From positions 17,238,001 through 17,302,000 of the forward strand of contig NC_086118.1 in the NCBI RefSeq assembly GCF_963921235.1: a stretch of 64,000 nucleotides of DNA. Direction: 5' to 3'. The translations under genes and the position numbers were made by a program. The first letter of the stretch is position 1, and the number at the start of each line of letters is the position of its first letter. Source of the stretch: Mobula hypostoma (taxonomy: Eukaryota). The notes beneath the pieces were generated by a model. It searched no databases and had not been told where the DNA came from. It saw only the letters and a list, made by a program, of their open reading frames with translations. Below, piece by piece: positions 49,920 through 63,339 of this stretch.

Positions 49920-52900
49920 GGGGTGCGTAAAAAGAGCTACATTTCAATCAGGACGGTGATCGAGATTTAAAGGGCTTTGCTTCGCAGCAATTTCGCTGGG
50001 TTGAGGAGCAACCAATCAGCAAGAGGCAGTGCGTAAAAAGAGCTACCTTTCAGTCAGGTCCGCGTTCAAGATTTTAAAAGGCAGATCTCCGCTGCAGTTT
50101 CTTTGAGTTGAGGAGCGTCCAATCAAGAAGAGGGATTCATTGGAAAAGGCCCAAAAAAATGTCAAGTGCAATCAGAATGGCCATTCTTGTGGATGTGCCA
50201 GTGCTTAGAGTGGTTTTGGCTCTTCAGGCTTAGCTGAGAATGGCTTGGGCGAGGTACGGTATTTGGTAAGTTTCTCTCTTTCTGTTTGTATTTGATCATT
50301 CTTCATCTGTCAGAGCATAGAGGTTTAGTGGAAATGGCTCAAGGGGCAGTATTTTGTACTGTGTGTGGGGTGTGGGAGGTCTGGGAGAAATCCAGTCTCC
50401 TGGATAAACACATCTGCACCAGGTGCACCCAGAACTGGAGCTGCAACTTGATGATTTTCAACTTGTATGGGAGAATGAGGAAGCAATAGGCAGGAGTTAC
50501 AGGAAGATAGTTTCCCTGAGATTGCAGAAGACAGGAGACGATGGTGAAATGCACAGCCTGTGCAGAGTATACCTTTGGCTGTTCCCCTTAATAATATGAA
50601 TTTAGATACTATTGAGGGGATGACCTACCAGCAGGAAGCTGCAGTGACAAGGTCTCTGGTACTGAGTCTGGGCTGTGGCTCAGAAGAGCAGAGAGTTGAA
50701 GAGGACTGCAGTGTTGATAGGAGATTCTACAGTCAGAGGAACAGAGACGAGATTCTGTGGGGCAGTAGAGATGGAATGGTGCCTCACAGATGCCATGCTC
50801 AGGGATGTCTTGGATCGGGTCCATGGCATTCCCAAGGAGGGAGGTGAGCACTCAGAACATTTGGTACCTATTGGCACCGATGACATAAGGTAAGGAGACA
50901 AGGTGAGGAGGTCCTAAAGAGAGATTTTAAGGAGCTAGGTAGAAAGCTGAAAAACAGGACCTCCAGGGTAGTAATCTCTGGAATGCAGCTTGTGCCACGT
51001 GCCAGTGAAGATAAGGACAGGATGATTTGGCAGGTGAACATGTGGCTGAGGAACCGATGCAGGGGGCAGAGTTCAGATCCATGGATCATTGAGATATCTG
51101 CTGGGGAAGGTATGACCTGTACAAAAGCCAATAACCTGAGGGGTTCTAATATCCTTGTTGGCAGGTTGGCTATGTTGTTGGGAGGGTTTAAGCTAATTTG
51201 GCAGGGAGATGGGAACCGGAGTGATAAGGTAGTTGGTTTATAAACAAAGGCAATGTGTAATGAGACACCTAGCAGATGAGACACCGAAGAAGCTGCAGAA
51301 GATCGTGAACACAGCGCAGCACATCACACAAACCAATCTTCCGTCCGTGGACTCACTTTACACCGCACGCTGTCGGAGCAGTGCTGCCAGGATAATCAAG
51401 GACACGACCCACCCAGCCAACGCACTTTTCATCCCTCTTCCCTCCGGGAGAAGGCTCAGGAGCTTGATGACTCGTACGGCCAGATTTGGGAACAGCTTCT
51501 TTCCAACTGTGATAAGACTGCTGAACACATCCTGACCTGGATCTGGGCTGTACCCTCCAAGTATCCGTACCTGTCTCTCGGTTTTTTTGCACTACCTTAC
51601 TTCCCATCTTTCTATTTTCTATTTATGATTTATAATTTAGTTTTTTTATATTTACTAATTTTAACTATTTTTAATATTTTTAATATTTAATACTTGTAAT
51701 CCAGGGAGTGTGAAGCGCAGAATCAAATATCACTGTGATGATTGTACGTTCTGGTACCAATGGCTTGGCGACAATAAAGTATAAAGTATAAAGTACAGCA
51801 AAGAGTGACTGACAATAGGGCAAAATCACAGCCAGCAGCGGACAAGATTGAAAAGGGTGAATACAGAACTGAAGTTGATATATTTGAATGTGTGCAGTAT
51901 ACAGAATAAGGTAGATGACATTGTAGCACAGTTACAGATCGGCATGTATGATGTAGCCAGCATCATTGAATCAGCTGAAAGAAGATTATAGCTGGGAGCT
52001 TAATATCCAAGGATGCATGTTGCCTTGAAAGGACAGGCAGGAAGGCAGAGGGGGTGGTATTGCTCTGTTGGTAAAAAATGAAATCATATCATTAGAAAGA
52101 AGTGACATAGGGGTGGAACTTGTTGAATTATTGTGGATAGAGCTAAGGAACTGCAAGGGTAAAGAGACCCTGATAGGAGATATATACAGAACCCCAAACA
52201 GTAGTAAGGATGTGGTCTACAAATTACAACGGGAGATAGAAAATGCATGCCAAAAAGGCAATGTTACTATTGTCATGGGAGATTTCAATATGCAAGTTGA
52301 TGGGAAAATCAGGTCGGTGCTGGATCTCGACAAGGAGAAATATCTAGGATGCCTAACATAGATAGTTTTGTAGAGCAGCTTGTTGTTGAACCCACTAGGG
52401 GATCAGCAATTCTGGATTGGGTGTTGTGCAATGAACTAGAATTGATTAGAGAGCTTAAGGTAAAAGAACCCTTAGGGGAAAAAAATAGAGGGCTATGTGC
52501 TAGGGAAATTCTAGACAATCTCTAGCGTAGGTTACATGGTCGGCAGAACATTGTGGGCTGAAGGGCCTGTAATGTGCTGTAAATTTCTATGTTCTATGTT
52601 TTCTGGTTTGCTGCCAGTGTGTAGTGATGTTCCACATGGGTCTGTGTTGGGACCAATACTTCTTAAGTTATATGTAATTGATTTGGATGACAGAATTGAT
52701 GGTTTTGACACAAAGTTTGCAGCTGATACGAAGATAGTTGGAGGGCAGGTAGACAGGCTACAGAAGGATTTAGCAGATTAGAAGAAGGCAAAGAAGTAGC
52801 AGATGAAATGTATTGTCAGGAAGTATATGGTCATGCACTTTGGTAGAAAAAATGAAAGGGCTGACTATATTCTAAATGGAGGGAAGATACAAAAAAAAAA

Positions 52901-53605
52901 CTGAGGTGCAAAGGGAGTGCTTGTGCAGGATTCTCTAATGGTTAATTTACAGATTGAGTCTATGGTGAGGAAGGCAAATGTGATGTTAGCATTCATTTCA
53001 AGAGGACTAGAATATAAAAGCAAGGACATAATGTTGAGACTTTATGAAGCACTGGTGAAGCCTCACTTGGAGAACTGTGAGCAGTACTGGACTGCTCTCA
53101 TAGAAAGGACATTCTGAATCTGGAGAAGGTTCCAAGGAGGTGCACAAAAATGATTCTGAGATTGAGCGACTTGCCATATGAAGTGTACTAGATGGCCCTG
53201 GGCCTGTATTCACTGGAATTCAGAAGAATGAGGGATGACCTCACTGAAATCCACTAAGTGGTGAAAGGTCCTGATAGAGTGGATGTGGAGAGAATGTTTC
53301 CTATGGTGGGAGAATCTAAGACCAGCGGACACAGCCTCAGAATAGAGTAGATTCCTTTTAGAACAGAGATGACGGAGAATTTCCTGAGCCAGTGAGTGGA
53401 AAATCTGTGGAATCCTTTGCCACAGGCAGCTGTGGAGACCATATCTTTATGTGTATTGAAGGCAGAGGTTGACAGAGTCTTGACAGGTCAGGGCACAAAG
53501 GGAAGGCAGAAGATTTGAGTTGAGAGGAACAATGGACCAACCATGATAAAATGGCGGAGCAGACTCGATGGTCCAAATGGCCTGATTCTGCTCTTATATC
53601 CTATG
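49920..53605 (+). mobile_element. Decayed CR1 LINE with 5' UTR, ORF1, Rex1 insertion and internal deletion
   Basis: ORF1 AVFCTVCGVWE...HICTRC, AVLIGDSTVRG, IGTDD; APE IVMGDFN; RT VPHGSVLGP, KFAAD; CR1 tail. Confidence 0.88.
51283..51795 (+). mobile_element. Rex1/Babar 3' end nested in CR1
   Basis: KKLQKIVNTAQHITQTNLPSV...SFFPTVIRLLN; (ataaagt)n tail; very similar to the reverse complement of 8293-8800. Confidence 0.9.
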
Positions 53606-53960
53606 AACTTATTATTGTATGAGGGACATGATGCAGGTGGTTTGGCTTTACAATAGATAGCAATATTCCCTCTTTGAGGTTGTGTTACTCCTCAGATACA
53701 ATCTACAATTAGATGCAACTATACAGCTGGACATGCGACTATTCTCAAATATCTTCCTTTAGAATTTGGTTTCATGTCACTGCACAAGTGGTGTGCTGTA
53801 TTTTGTATTAATATGCATTTTAACTTGTGAATGTGACTTTCATTTCCACAGCATTCAGTCTGTGTTCTCAGAGAAGATGAGGCTGACAGTTTTCAGAATC
53901 AATAGTTCCCTCTTCTCTTTTGTTATGCATGCCTACTCTCTCAGGTAGAAAAATACATTA

Positions 53961-54285
53961 CGAGGGGTGATTGATAAACTCGTGGCCTAAGGTAGGAGGA
54001 GTCAGTTTTAGAAAACCTAGCACATTTATTTTTCAACATAGTCCCCTCCTACATTTACACACTTAGTCCAGCAGTCGTGGAGCATACGGATCTTGGACCT
54101 CCAGAAATGTCCACAGCAGGTGTCATTGATAAGTTCGTGGCCTAACGTAGAAGTAGATGAGTCATACAGCTCTTGTCACATGCACATGCAGATAAACTCC
54201 TTGAGTGATGATGCAGAAAGTTTGAAGTTAATAACACATCACGGGTAATTGATAAGTTCGTGGCCTAAGGTAGAAGGAAATGAGT
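53961..54285 (+). mobile_element. Truncated second copy of the mariner MITE
   Basis: TA then cgaggggtgattgataaactcgtggcctaagg; colinear with 48298-48580; three direct TIR-like units. Confidence 0.85.
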
Positions 54286-54980
54286 GCGGTGGTCTTTAAG
54301 ACCCAGCGGCGCACCAAACCTTCGCACATCATCCCGTATACTTTAAATCATCTCTAGATTACTTATAATACCTGATACAATGTAAATGCTATGTAAATAA
54401 TTGTTATACTGTATTGTTTAGTGAATAATGCCAAGAAGAAATTTTATTTCCAACAAAAATATTCAATAAAACATGAAAATATACAACTTCAAACGAACCG
54501 AAACAAACACATGGTAAATGACTTATTGGAATAAATGTAGAAGGTCCTTGTCACTATAAAACTTCAGTAACTTGTCTTTCTGTTTATTTAAATCATATAC
54601 AGTGGTAGTTCCGACACTATTTTCTTCAGTAAGATGCCGCACAGACACACCACGATCAAAGCTTCTGCAATAATTCCACTTTCTGCGTTATTGATAGAGA
54701 AGATTCCTTCTCTTTTCCTCATTGTTACCCATAGGGGTATCTGCAGCTCTTCTTGACATTTTCACAGTGAAATTAAACACAAAGTCAACAATGAACACAA
54801 AATATCAGCGAACAGCAAATGCATATGTAACCAGTACGAGCTCTGAGCCACAACTGACATCTGGCGGCTTCTGCTAATGCTGCCACGTCACACCTGAGTG
54901 ACGTCAGCTGTCGGCGAAAAAAGCTTCGGTTTTCGGAGCTTTTTGGATTTCAGAATTTCGGATAAAGGAATATGCACCTG
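54286..54980. mobile_element. Tigger4/Zombi-like element, right part
   Basis: Shares atactttaaatcatctctagattacttataatac with the MER2-like copy; ends tttcggagctttttggatttcagaatttcggataaagg...cacctg then TA. Confidence 0.7.
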
Positions 54981-56689
54981 TACTTCACTTTTTTTAAACA
55001 GTATTTCTGTTTCTGCACATTTAAAAAAAAACTATTCAATATAAGTAATTGATTTACTTGTTTATTTATTATGTTTTATTTTATTTATTATTATTATCTT
55101 TTTCTCTCTCTGCTAAATTATGTATTGCATTGAACTGCTGCTGCTAAGTTAACAAATTTCACATCACATGTCGGTGATAAAAAACCTGATTCTGATTCTG
55201 ATCATCTTTTTGCCCAGCTTCTTTAGGGGGCACATAGTTTCAGGGAGATAAGGCTCCGAAGACAGTATGAGTAGATTTATCATCTGATCTGGTGCCACTT
55301 TCATAGTGACCCATCCTTCCCCAAAGGTCTTTGCAAGCCCCACTTACTCAAGTCCTATGCTTACATGGAACTTTTTTTTTCTATTATTCTTTAAGAAAGG
55401 TATTAAAGAATAATGTTTAAAGAGCTTCAACCAGACAAAAGAATGCTAAGTGCTTATTTATCACTGCCACCAAGAATAAATTTTTCTCTTGTGTTTGAAT
55501 ATTATATTGAATAAATAATGATGGAACATTGCTTTGCATAAATCAAAGAAGGAAGAATTCTAACTTGTGGTCCTGCGATGACTGCCCAGATGATTACTGG
55601 CTGTTGTCTTTGTAACTGGAGCTGCGTTTTACTCTGCCCAACGGATGGCTTGGATTATAGCATTCTAACTTGGAAACAAAAAAAATATTAGTTTAAGAGG
55701 TATATTTTTGAAAGTCTGGTTGCCAAAGCCTAAATTAGACCACAGGAAATTGCGCCTTGAAGTCTACCGCTCCTGCTAAGAAATCTACAAAAATCCCTTT
55801 TCACAGAAAGAAAATTTGCAATAATGGCTGAAGATCTTTAGTAATTAACAACTGATCTCTAAGTCATCTCTTCAGTGACTTTAGGCAAACTCCTATATTT
55901 TCTTCAGCCATGTTTTAATGCTCCTTTGATGAATGCTTTAAATCATCTATTAATTTATAATTCAGTTTTGCAGTCTGAATAATAGTACTGATTGTCCTGG
56001 TTTATTGATAATAATGACATTTTTCTCCATTATGATTAAAACATCCTGTTGTAATGCTAATTGATCACTTAAAAAGTTATAAGTAAGAATAATAATCGAA
56101 GTCCTGAGTGTAAATATAATTACAAAAGTATATTGAATTGCTGATCATGATTGTTCCCGTTGGGATTCTTCTTTCTAAATCTAATTTTAAAAATCAGAAA
56201 GCAAAGCATCGGTTCCTGTGTATAATTAATTGGTGAAGCAGCATAAATGATCCAAAATTATAGCAGTCTAATACATTATGTGAAAAAGTTACAGAAAATA
56301 TAGCAGAATAAGGACCATATAATCATAAAGGAAAACTACTCGACAATATGAATCTGGAGAAAGAATCTCCCTGAGTGAAACAATTATGATACTGAGAATT
56401 TGAGCAAAATTAATTTACTTACGTAACAGGTAAGATATTGAAAGAATACTCCCAATATCTTAAATGAATTGTTTGGATTTACTTAGTTAAGTTAATTTGA
56501 CACTAATTAATTGATTAGTGTAATAATTAACCTTAATTAAGCAGAGACCAATTATTCATTACATAAATAGACATTTTCTTTCCTACTTGCTTTGCAAGAC
56601 TTTCAGCTTTGTTTTATACAATGGAACATGAAGATATTTTCCATTTGGCAAGTTCATATAAACAACAAATGCAGCAGCTGATAAGTAAA

Positions 56690-56950
56690 GTTCTTTTTAG
56701 TAGTATTGATTGAGAGAGAGAGAGAGGGGGGAATACTGGCCAGGATACCAAGGGAATTCCCTTCTCTTTTTCAAATAGAAACATCAATAAGCAGACGGCA
56801 ACTCAGTTCAACACTTCAGCTGAAGGACAGGACCTCAAGTTGATGTGGTCGCCTTCCAATACCCCACTGGAATATGAGGTTATGCTATTCATTGCAGTCT
56901 TTGTGTGTGGTTCAGGCCGGCAGTCTACTGAGGCACAGGCAACTGAGCAA
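56690..56950 (-). mobile_element. Decayed Deu-domain SINE (SacSINE1/AmnSINE1-like)
   Basis: actggccaggataccaagggaattccc...caaatag...gcagacgg...gaaggacagg resembles the recalled Deu domain. Confidence 0.5.
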
Positions 56951-57794
56951 TGCTGTGATGTTAATATTTGAGGACTGACAGACAATGCAAAAACAAACTT
57001 AATCTCTCTGCATGGTAAACCATTAGGGAAAATCTTTGGTGCAACACAGCAATATCCAAATATTAATATTTTACCTTACAGTGGTGGCAACTCCAGTGTT
57101 CCCTGTTTGATTTCAAACAGATGTTTATAACCAAAAGAATTCCATTGGCATTAAGTACTCAGGTTTACTTCTGGCTCGTGATTTGAATTCAAATTGATAT
57201 AAAACAGTACATCACAGATCTCCAAAAGGTTTTACTTTTCAAACTGCATGAACTAAAGCTAATTCACCTCCTTCTCAACCAATTATGTTACAGTTATTTT
57301 AAAGTATTTTACTCAATATCATGCTCTAGAGAATGGATTCCAATGATTACATTACTAGTGAATAAAACCATTAAGTTCAGTTTGTGTGCATTACATTCAT
57401 TTTACGTTAGACTACAACTTTTGAAAAAGTCAAGAAAATTTTGCAGGCATCCTACAATATTTAAAAGCATTAGGAGGGGAATGTTAATCATAAGCATGGG
57501 CAGTGAGCATCTTTAGGATTGGTCTCTCTAGATCGCCTTTTTCCCAGAGGCACAAGAGATTTGGGGGAAAACTTAATTAGTAGCCAACATTTCTGGCAAT
57601 GCAGCATTCCTACATAAACTCTGAGTTTGCCTCTTATAAGATAGCATCATTGAAAGGGAATTAACAACTTCATGAACCAACATATTCAACTGCAAAGTGC
57701 ATTTCTTTTTCATGTTCTGCTCAGCTGAATTATTATCTCTGTTCCTCTCTCCCCAGTTGCGGAGGATTTCCAGCACTTTCCGTTTCTGTTAAAA

Positions 57795-60245
57795 CCATAA
57801 GAAACAGGAGCATAATTAGGCCATTCAGTCCATCGAGTCTGCTCTGCCATTCCATCATGGCTGATTGATTATCCCTCTCAATCTCATTCTGCTGCCTGCT
57901 CCCCATAACTTTTGACATTCTTACTAATAAAGAACCTGTTAACATCCATTTTAAATATGCCCAATGAATTGGTCTCCACAGCTCTCTGTGACAATGATTC
58001 CACAGATTCACCATCCGCTCATAAAAGTAATTCCTCTCCATTTCTCTTCTAAAGGGTTTTCCTTGTAAAGTATTCTGAGGCTGTGCTCTCAGGTCCTGAA
58101 CCCTCCACTAAAGGAAGCACGCTCTACACGTCCACTGCATTTAGGTCTTTCAATATTCAACAGGTTTCAACGAGATACCCCTTCTTTCTTTTTAAACGAG
58201 TGACAACAGACTCAAACCTATATCAAATGCCTCATACATTAACTGTTTCATTCCCAGGAGAATTTTTGTGAGCCTCCTCTGGACCCTTGCAATGTCAGCG
58301 CAACCTTTCTTAGATATGGGGCCTAAAACTGCTCACAATCCTTCAGGTCCAGTCTGACCAATGCCTTTTAAAGCTTCAGCATTACCTAGCTAATTTATGT
58401 TCAATTTCTCTTGAAATGAATGATAACATTGTATTTACCTTCCTTAACACCAGCTCAACATGAAAGCTAACACTTTGGAAATCCTGCATGAAGACTCCCA
58501 CACACCTCTGATTACTGAATTCTCTCCCCATTTAGAAAATGATCTTCACTTTTATTCCTTCTACCACATTGCATGACCACACACTTCCCTACATAGTATT
58601 CCATCTGCTTCCTTTTTGCCTTTTTCCTAATCTTCTGCAGGCTTCTTGCTTCCTCAAAACTACCTGCCCTTCACCCATCTTTATATTGTCTGCACACTTG
58701 GCCACAAAGACATCAATTCTGTCATCCACATAACATGAAAAGAAGTGGTCTCAATGCAGACCTCTATGCAACACCACTAGTCACCAGCAGCCAACTAGAA
58801 ATGGTTCCCTTTGTTCCCACTCTTTGCCTCCTGCCATTCAGCCAGTCTTCTATCCATGCTGGCATCTTTCCTGTAATACCATGGACTCTTACCTTGACTA
58901 GCAGCCTCATGTGCGGAATCTTGTCAAAGGCCTTCTGAAAATCCAAGTGAACAACATCCACTGACTCTCCTTCGTCTATCCTGCCTCTAATTTCCTCAAA
59001 GAATTTCAACAGATTTGCCAGGCAAGATTTCCCCTTAAGTAAACATGGTGACTTTGATCTGTTTTATCATGTGCCTCCAAGTACCCTGAAACCTCTTCGT
59101 TAATAATGGACTCTTGCCAACCACTGAAGTCAGGTTAAATGGCCTACATTTTCCTGTCTTTTGGCTCCCACCTTTCTTCAAGAATGGAGTGACATTTGCA
59201 GTTTTCCAGTCCTCCAAATCTATTCCAGTATCCAGATATCCTTGAATGTTCATTACTAATGTCTCCACAATCACTTCAGCTGCCCCTTTCAGAACCCTGG
59301 AGTGTGGTCCATCTGGTCCACATGACTTATTTACCTTCAGATCTTTCAGCTTCCCAAGCACCTTTTCCCTAGTAATAGCAACTACACTCACTTCTGCCCC
59401 TGACACTCTGGAATTGCTGGCATACAGCTTTGTGTCTTCCACAGTGAAGACTGATGCAAAGTATATATTGAGTTCATCCACCATTTCTTTGTCCTCCACT
59501 ACTATCTTTTCGGCATCATTTTCCAGCAGTTCGATATCCACTCTCATCTCTCTCCTACTTTTGTATAACTGAAAAATCATGTGGTATCCTCTTTTATGTT
59601 ATTGGCTAGCTTACTTTCATATTTCATCTTTTCTCTCTTTTTGGCTTTTTTTTATTAGTTTTCTGTTGTTTTGTAAATGCTTCCCAATCTTCTGACTTCC
59701 AACTCACTTTTGCTATATTATATGCCTTCTCTTTAGCTTTTATGTTGTCTTTCACTTCCCTTGTCAGCCATAGTAGCCTCATTCTCCCTTTAGATTACTT
59801 CTTCTTTGAGATGAATCTATTCTGTGCCTTCTGAATTGCTCCCCGAAACGCAAGCTATTGCTGTTCTGTTGTCATTCCTGGTAGTGTCCACCTTCCAATC
59901 AGCTTTGGCCAGCCCCTCTCTCATGCCTCTGTAGTTTGCTTTATTCCACTGTAATCCTGATACATCTGATTTTAGCTTCTCCCCTTCAATCTGCAGGGTG
60001 AATTCTAACATATTATGGTCACTGTCTCCTAAGTGTTCCTTTACTTTAAGCTCCTTAATCAAGTATGGATGATTATACAACACTGAATCCAGATCTGTGT
60101 TTTCCCCTGGTGGGCTCAACCACAAGCAGCATTTAAAAAAAAACATCTCATAGGCATTTTACAAATTCCTTCACTTCGGATCCAAGACCAATAGATTTTT
60201 CCAATCTGCCTGAAAATTGTAAGCCCCCATGACTATGCCCTTTTT
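57795..60245 (-). mobile_element. 5'-truncated decayed CR1 LINE
   Basis: LDFQKAFDKIPH, DWKTANVTPFLKKG, EHLGDSDHN; CR1 tail. Confidence 0.9.
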
Positions 60246-61879
60246 ATATGCCTTTTGTAGTGATTACGAATGATCTAAATGAAGTTTATTCTTGTGTTGA
60301 TGACAGGGATGCTCATCACCTGCACAGATGTTGGGAAATCCTCCACACTGGAATCAAGACTCTTCTCCAATGCAACCAAGGTCCAGAGTTACCTACACTT
60401 TAAAAATAAGATCATAGTACAGAGTGGATATGTAGTTGGGGCTACGAACACACCAATCGGGGTCATAAGAAGTTTTGTTTATTTATATTGTTACTTCTCT
60501 TTCATTCTAAGGTATTCAAGGCATTGCCAGTCAACTTGAGGGACATGGACTGTTATGATCTGCACCAGATTCATGGCAGATCTGAAATTGCAAGAGAGGC
60601 CATCTGGCAGACTTTAGGCAGTTTAGTATCATTCTTACAGATGCTTTTAAGTTTTGCATGTTTAGCTATTGGTGTGATTATGTGCTAGTTCTTCTAGTTA
60701 TCCATATCACAACTACACGCAGCAAAGTGTGTAATTGAAAGTACCTTCATACTAACTTGCCAAATCAATGGAAAAAACAGATTGCTTTGCCTGGAATGAT
60801 TCACACTGTCAAGTGTTGTTGGAACTGAACTCATTCAGGAGGCATTGGAAATTCATTCATCCAAGTATTATAAAGCTGTTGACAGTCTACAACGTTCAAC
60901 GAGTTCAGTCAAATTCTTTTGCTTCTCTGAGGAATCCCTCCTTTATGTAAAAATCCAAATTATCTTGTGAACTATAAGAATCTCAAATCTAGACTGCATG
61001 GACATGAAAGACAATTATTAAAAGTGAAAATACATGTCCTGGAAATTAAAGTATGTATTGTAAAGTTTGCTACAAACTTTAGAAGTACCTTTAAAATGCA
61101 AATAAACCATTGCTGAAATAAATTCAGTGAAATGAAGCAGCTCCCTGTGCTTTACCTCATAACTAAAGAGAAAACAGCCTGAATGGTGACAATCATCAGT
61201 GGGTTGTTTTTTCCTGATCATCATGTGCAAGTATAAATGTTCAAGGTTCAGGGTCAAGCTTTGGGGGTTGTGATTTTTTTTATGGTGTTGATTGTGAGTG
61301 ATTGAGCTATGTTTCAGATTGTTTGTTGTGTTTTAAAAGAAGGTGATTTTTTTTTACAGACTTTACATAAAGTAAGTCACGGGCATTGAAAGTTCGTATT
61401 GAAGCCGGATGAGACTGATTATGGAATGTCATAACTGATACACCGAGGATCAGATATCTGAAGCAAGGTCCATTGAGTAGGTTAATCTCTATTCATATTA
61501 ACAGCAGCAGGAGACTTTCCTCAACCTTAAAGACAGGGACAAGAAAAGGAATTGTTTTATCAGTTATTGACAGGTTAAATTGTAAATCACCACAGAACAG
61601 CAAAGTGACACCACAGGCTTGCTTTTGGGTGGTATTAACAGGTTGTTGTATGAGAGGAGAGGGAGGATGAAAACATTGTCTCTTCCCCCCTCCCCAGTTA
61701 GAACTAAACAGATAGTACTCCTCACAGCCTCAGGACATCAGAACGTAACGTGGAATTATAAAACAACTGAGAAAAGAAAGTAAAAATTGCTCACAGGTCA
61801 GCCTAATAATTTATTATTTATTCCATTTCTTTGAGACCAATTAAAAATGTGGAACTTATATGGACTCCCACTTTACATT

Positions 61880-62120
61880 GAACACAGAACAGTACAGTGT
61901 AGTATAGGCACCGGCCCATGTTACTGTGCTGGTCTATATAAACCAAGTCCATGATCATTCTAACCCTTTACTCCTGCACAGACTATAACCTTACATTTGT
62001 CTCACATCCATGCGCCTGACTAAGGATCTGTTAATATTGTATCGGCCTCTGCCGAGGGCAGTGCATTCCAGGCCCCTACCGCTCTTCGTGAAAACTCCTC
62101 CCTCTGGCATCCCCACCGAA
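61880..62120 (-). mobile_element. CR1 3' end
   Basis: aacacagaacagtacag...ggcccatg tail; gcattccagg. Confidence 0.6.
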
Positions 62121-63339
62121 CTTTGTTCGATTGTAAAATAAAACGCCTAGATAATCTTTATGCAAATTCTTCTGACCTTTGCATAATTGCAAGTGAGATT
62201 GTTGAAATGATGCATTATCCAGCTCAAATCATGTGAGCGCAGTGTACAGCAATGGGCACAGCACACCACCCTGGGGGGTGGGGGATGGTGGGGAGGGTGG
62301 AGTAGTCCTGCATTCTGACTGTGAGGTCACTTGTTTAGGAAGTCCAACACCCAGTTACACTGTTGCATTAGTGAGCAGATGCACAGTGTACCTAATAAAG
62401 TGGCCACTGGGTGTGTATGAAGTGTGCAGACACAAATTTAGTGGGTGACTGTCAGATTAAAGGAATAAATGGAGATGGCTTTTAATTCAAGTTTTTCACA
62501 GTCAGATCATATATAATGACCAGGAAAATTTTGGATACTATAAATGTAGCACACATGTAAATCAATAAATTTGCATAGATGCATGTTTTAGTACAACTCA
62601 TCAGTCTGTTACTGGCAAAAACCTACCTTGAAATGATATTACACAGAAAGTGCTACAAAGATAATAACAGTGCATATCTTGGAAATGTATCAAACATTAA
62701 ATTTATATTGGAAGCTCTTCTACCTTGTAAAATTGCTATAACTTAGACTAATGTGACAAGTTTGTGTTTCATTCAAAGTAACAAATGGGCATGGAGTAGG
62801 AGTAGGAAAAATTACAGGAGATAATTGAAGGTGTGAGCAGAGTGATACTTGATCTCTGGTCCAAAAATAACCAGCAAAACAGGAGATTATGGGATATGCA
62901 ACAGGGTTTACTGATCTCCTTGGTGGGAGCAAACCTCTTTGTCCATTCTGGCCCCTGTGCAACTCTCATCCACACCATTGTGATTGGCCTTCAACTATCA
63001 TCAGAAATGGCTGAATAAGGCATTCAATCATCTTCTAATTACTGCATTAGAGCACAAAAATAGATACAATTTAGACACAACAAAGTCTATCCCAATAAAC
63101 CTCGAACAGTTCCAGCAGAACTCAGGGATCATAGAACCCATGGGCAAGATAAAAGTTTTGCAGACCTCGTACATCTTCTCTTGATTAGCAATGGTCAATT
63201 AAAAAGCTAAAGTGAGATATAGGTTCCAGGAACAGCCTCATCTTTAATGGTGGAGGAACCTAGCACAAAGGACAGGCTAAAACATTCAAAAATCATGTTT
63301 AGCCAGGAATGGCTAATTTAGTAAGTCATCTATCTTAGC

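Noticed and set aside
587..63184. Short ORFs in the supplied track as host genes
   Set aside because: Recognisable ones are TE fragments or their antisense frames; the rest (e.g. 12456-12683, 40483-40746) show no motif or splice structure I can support.
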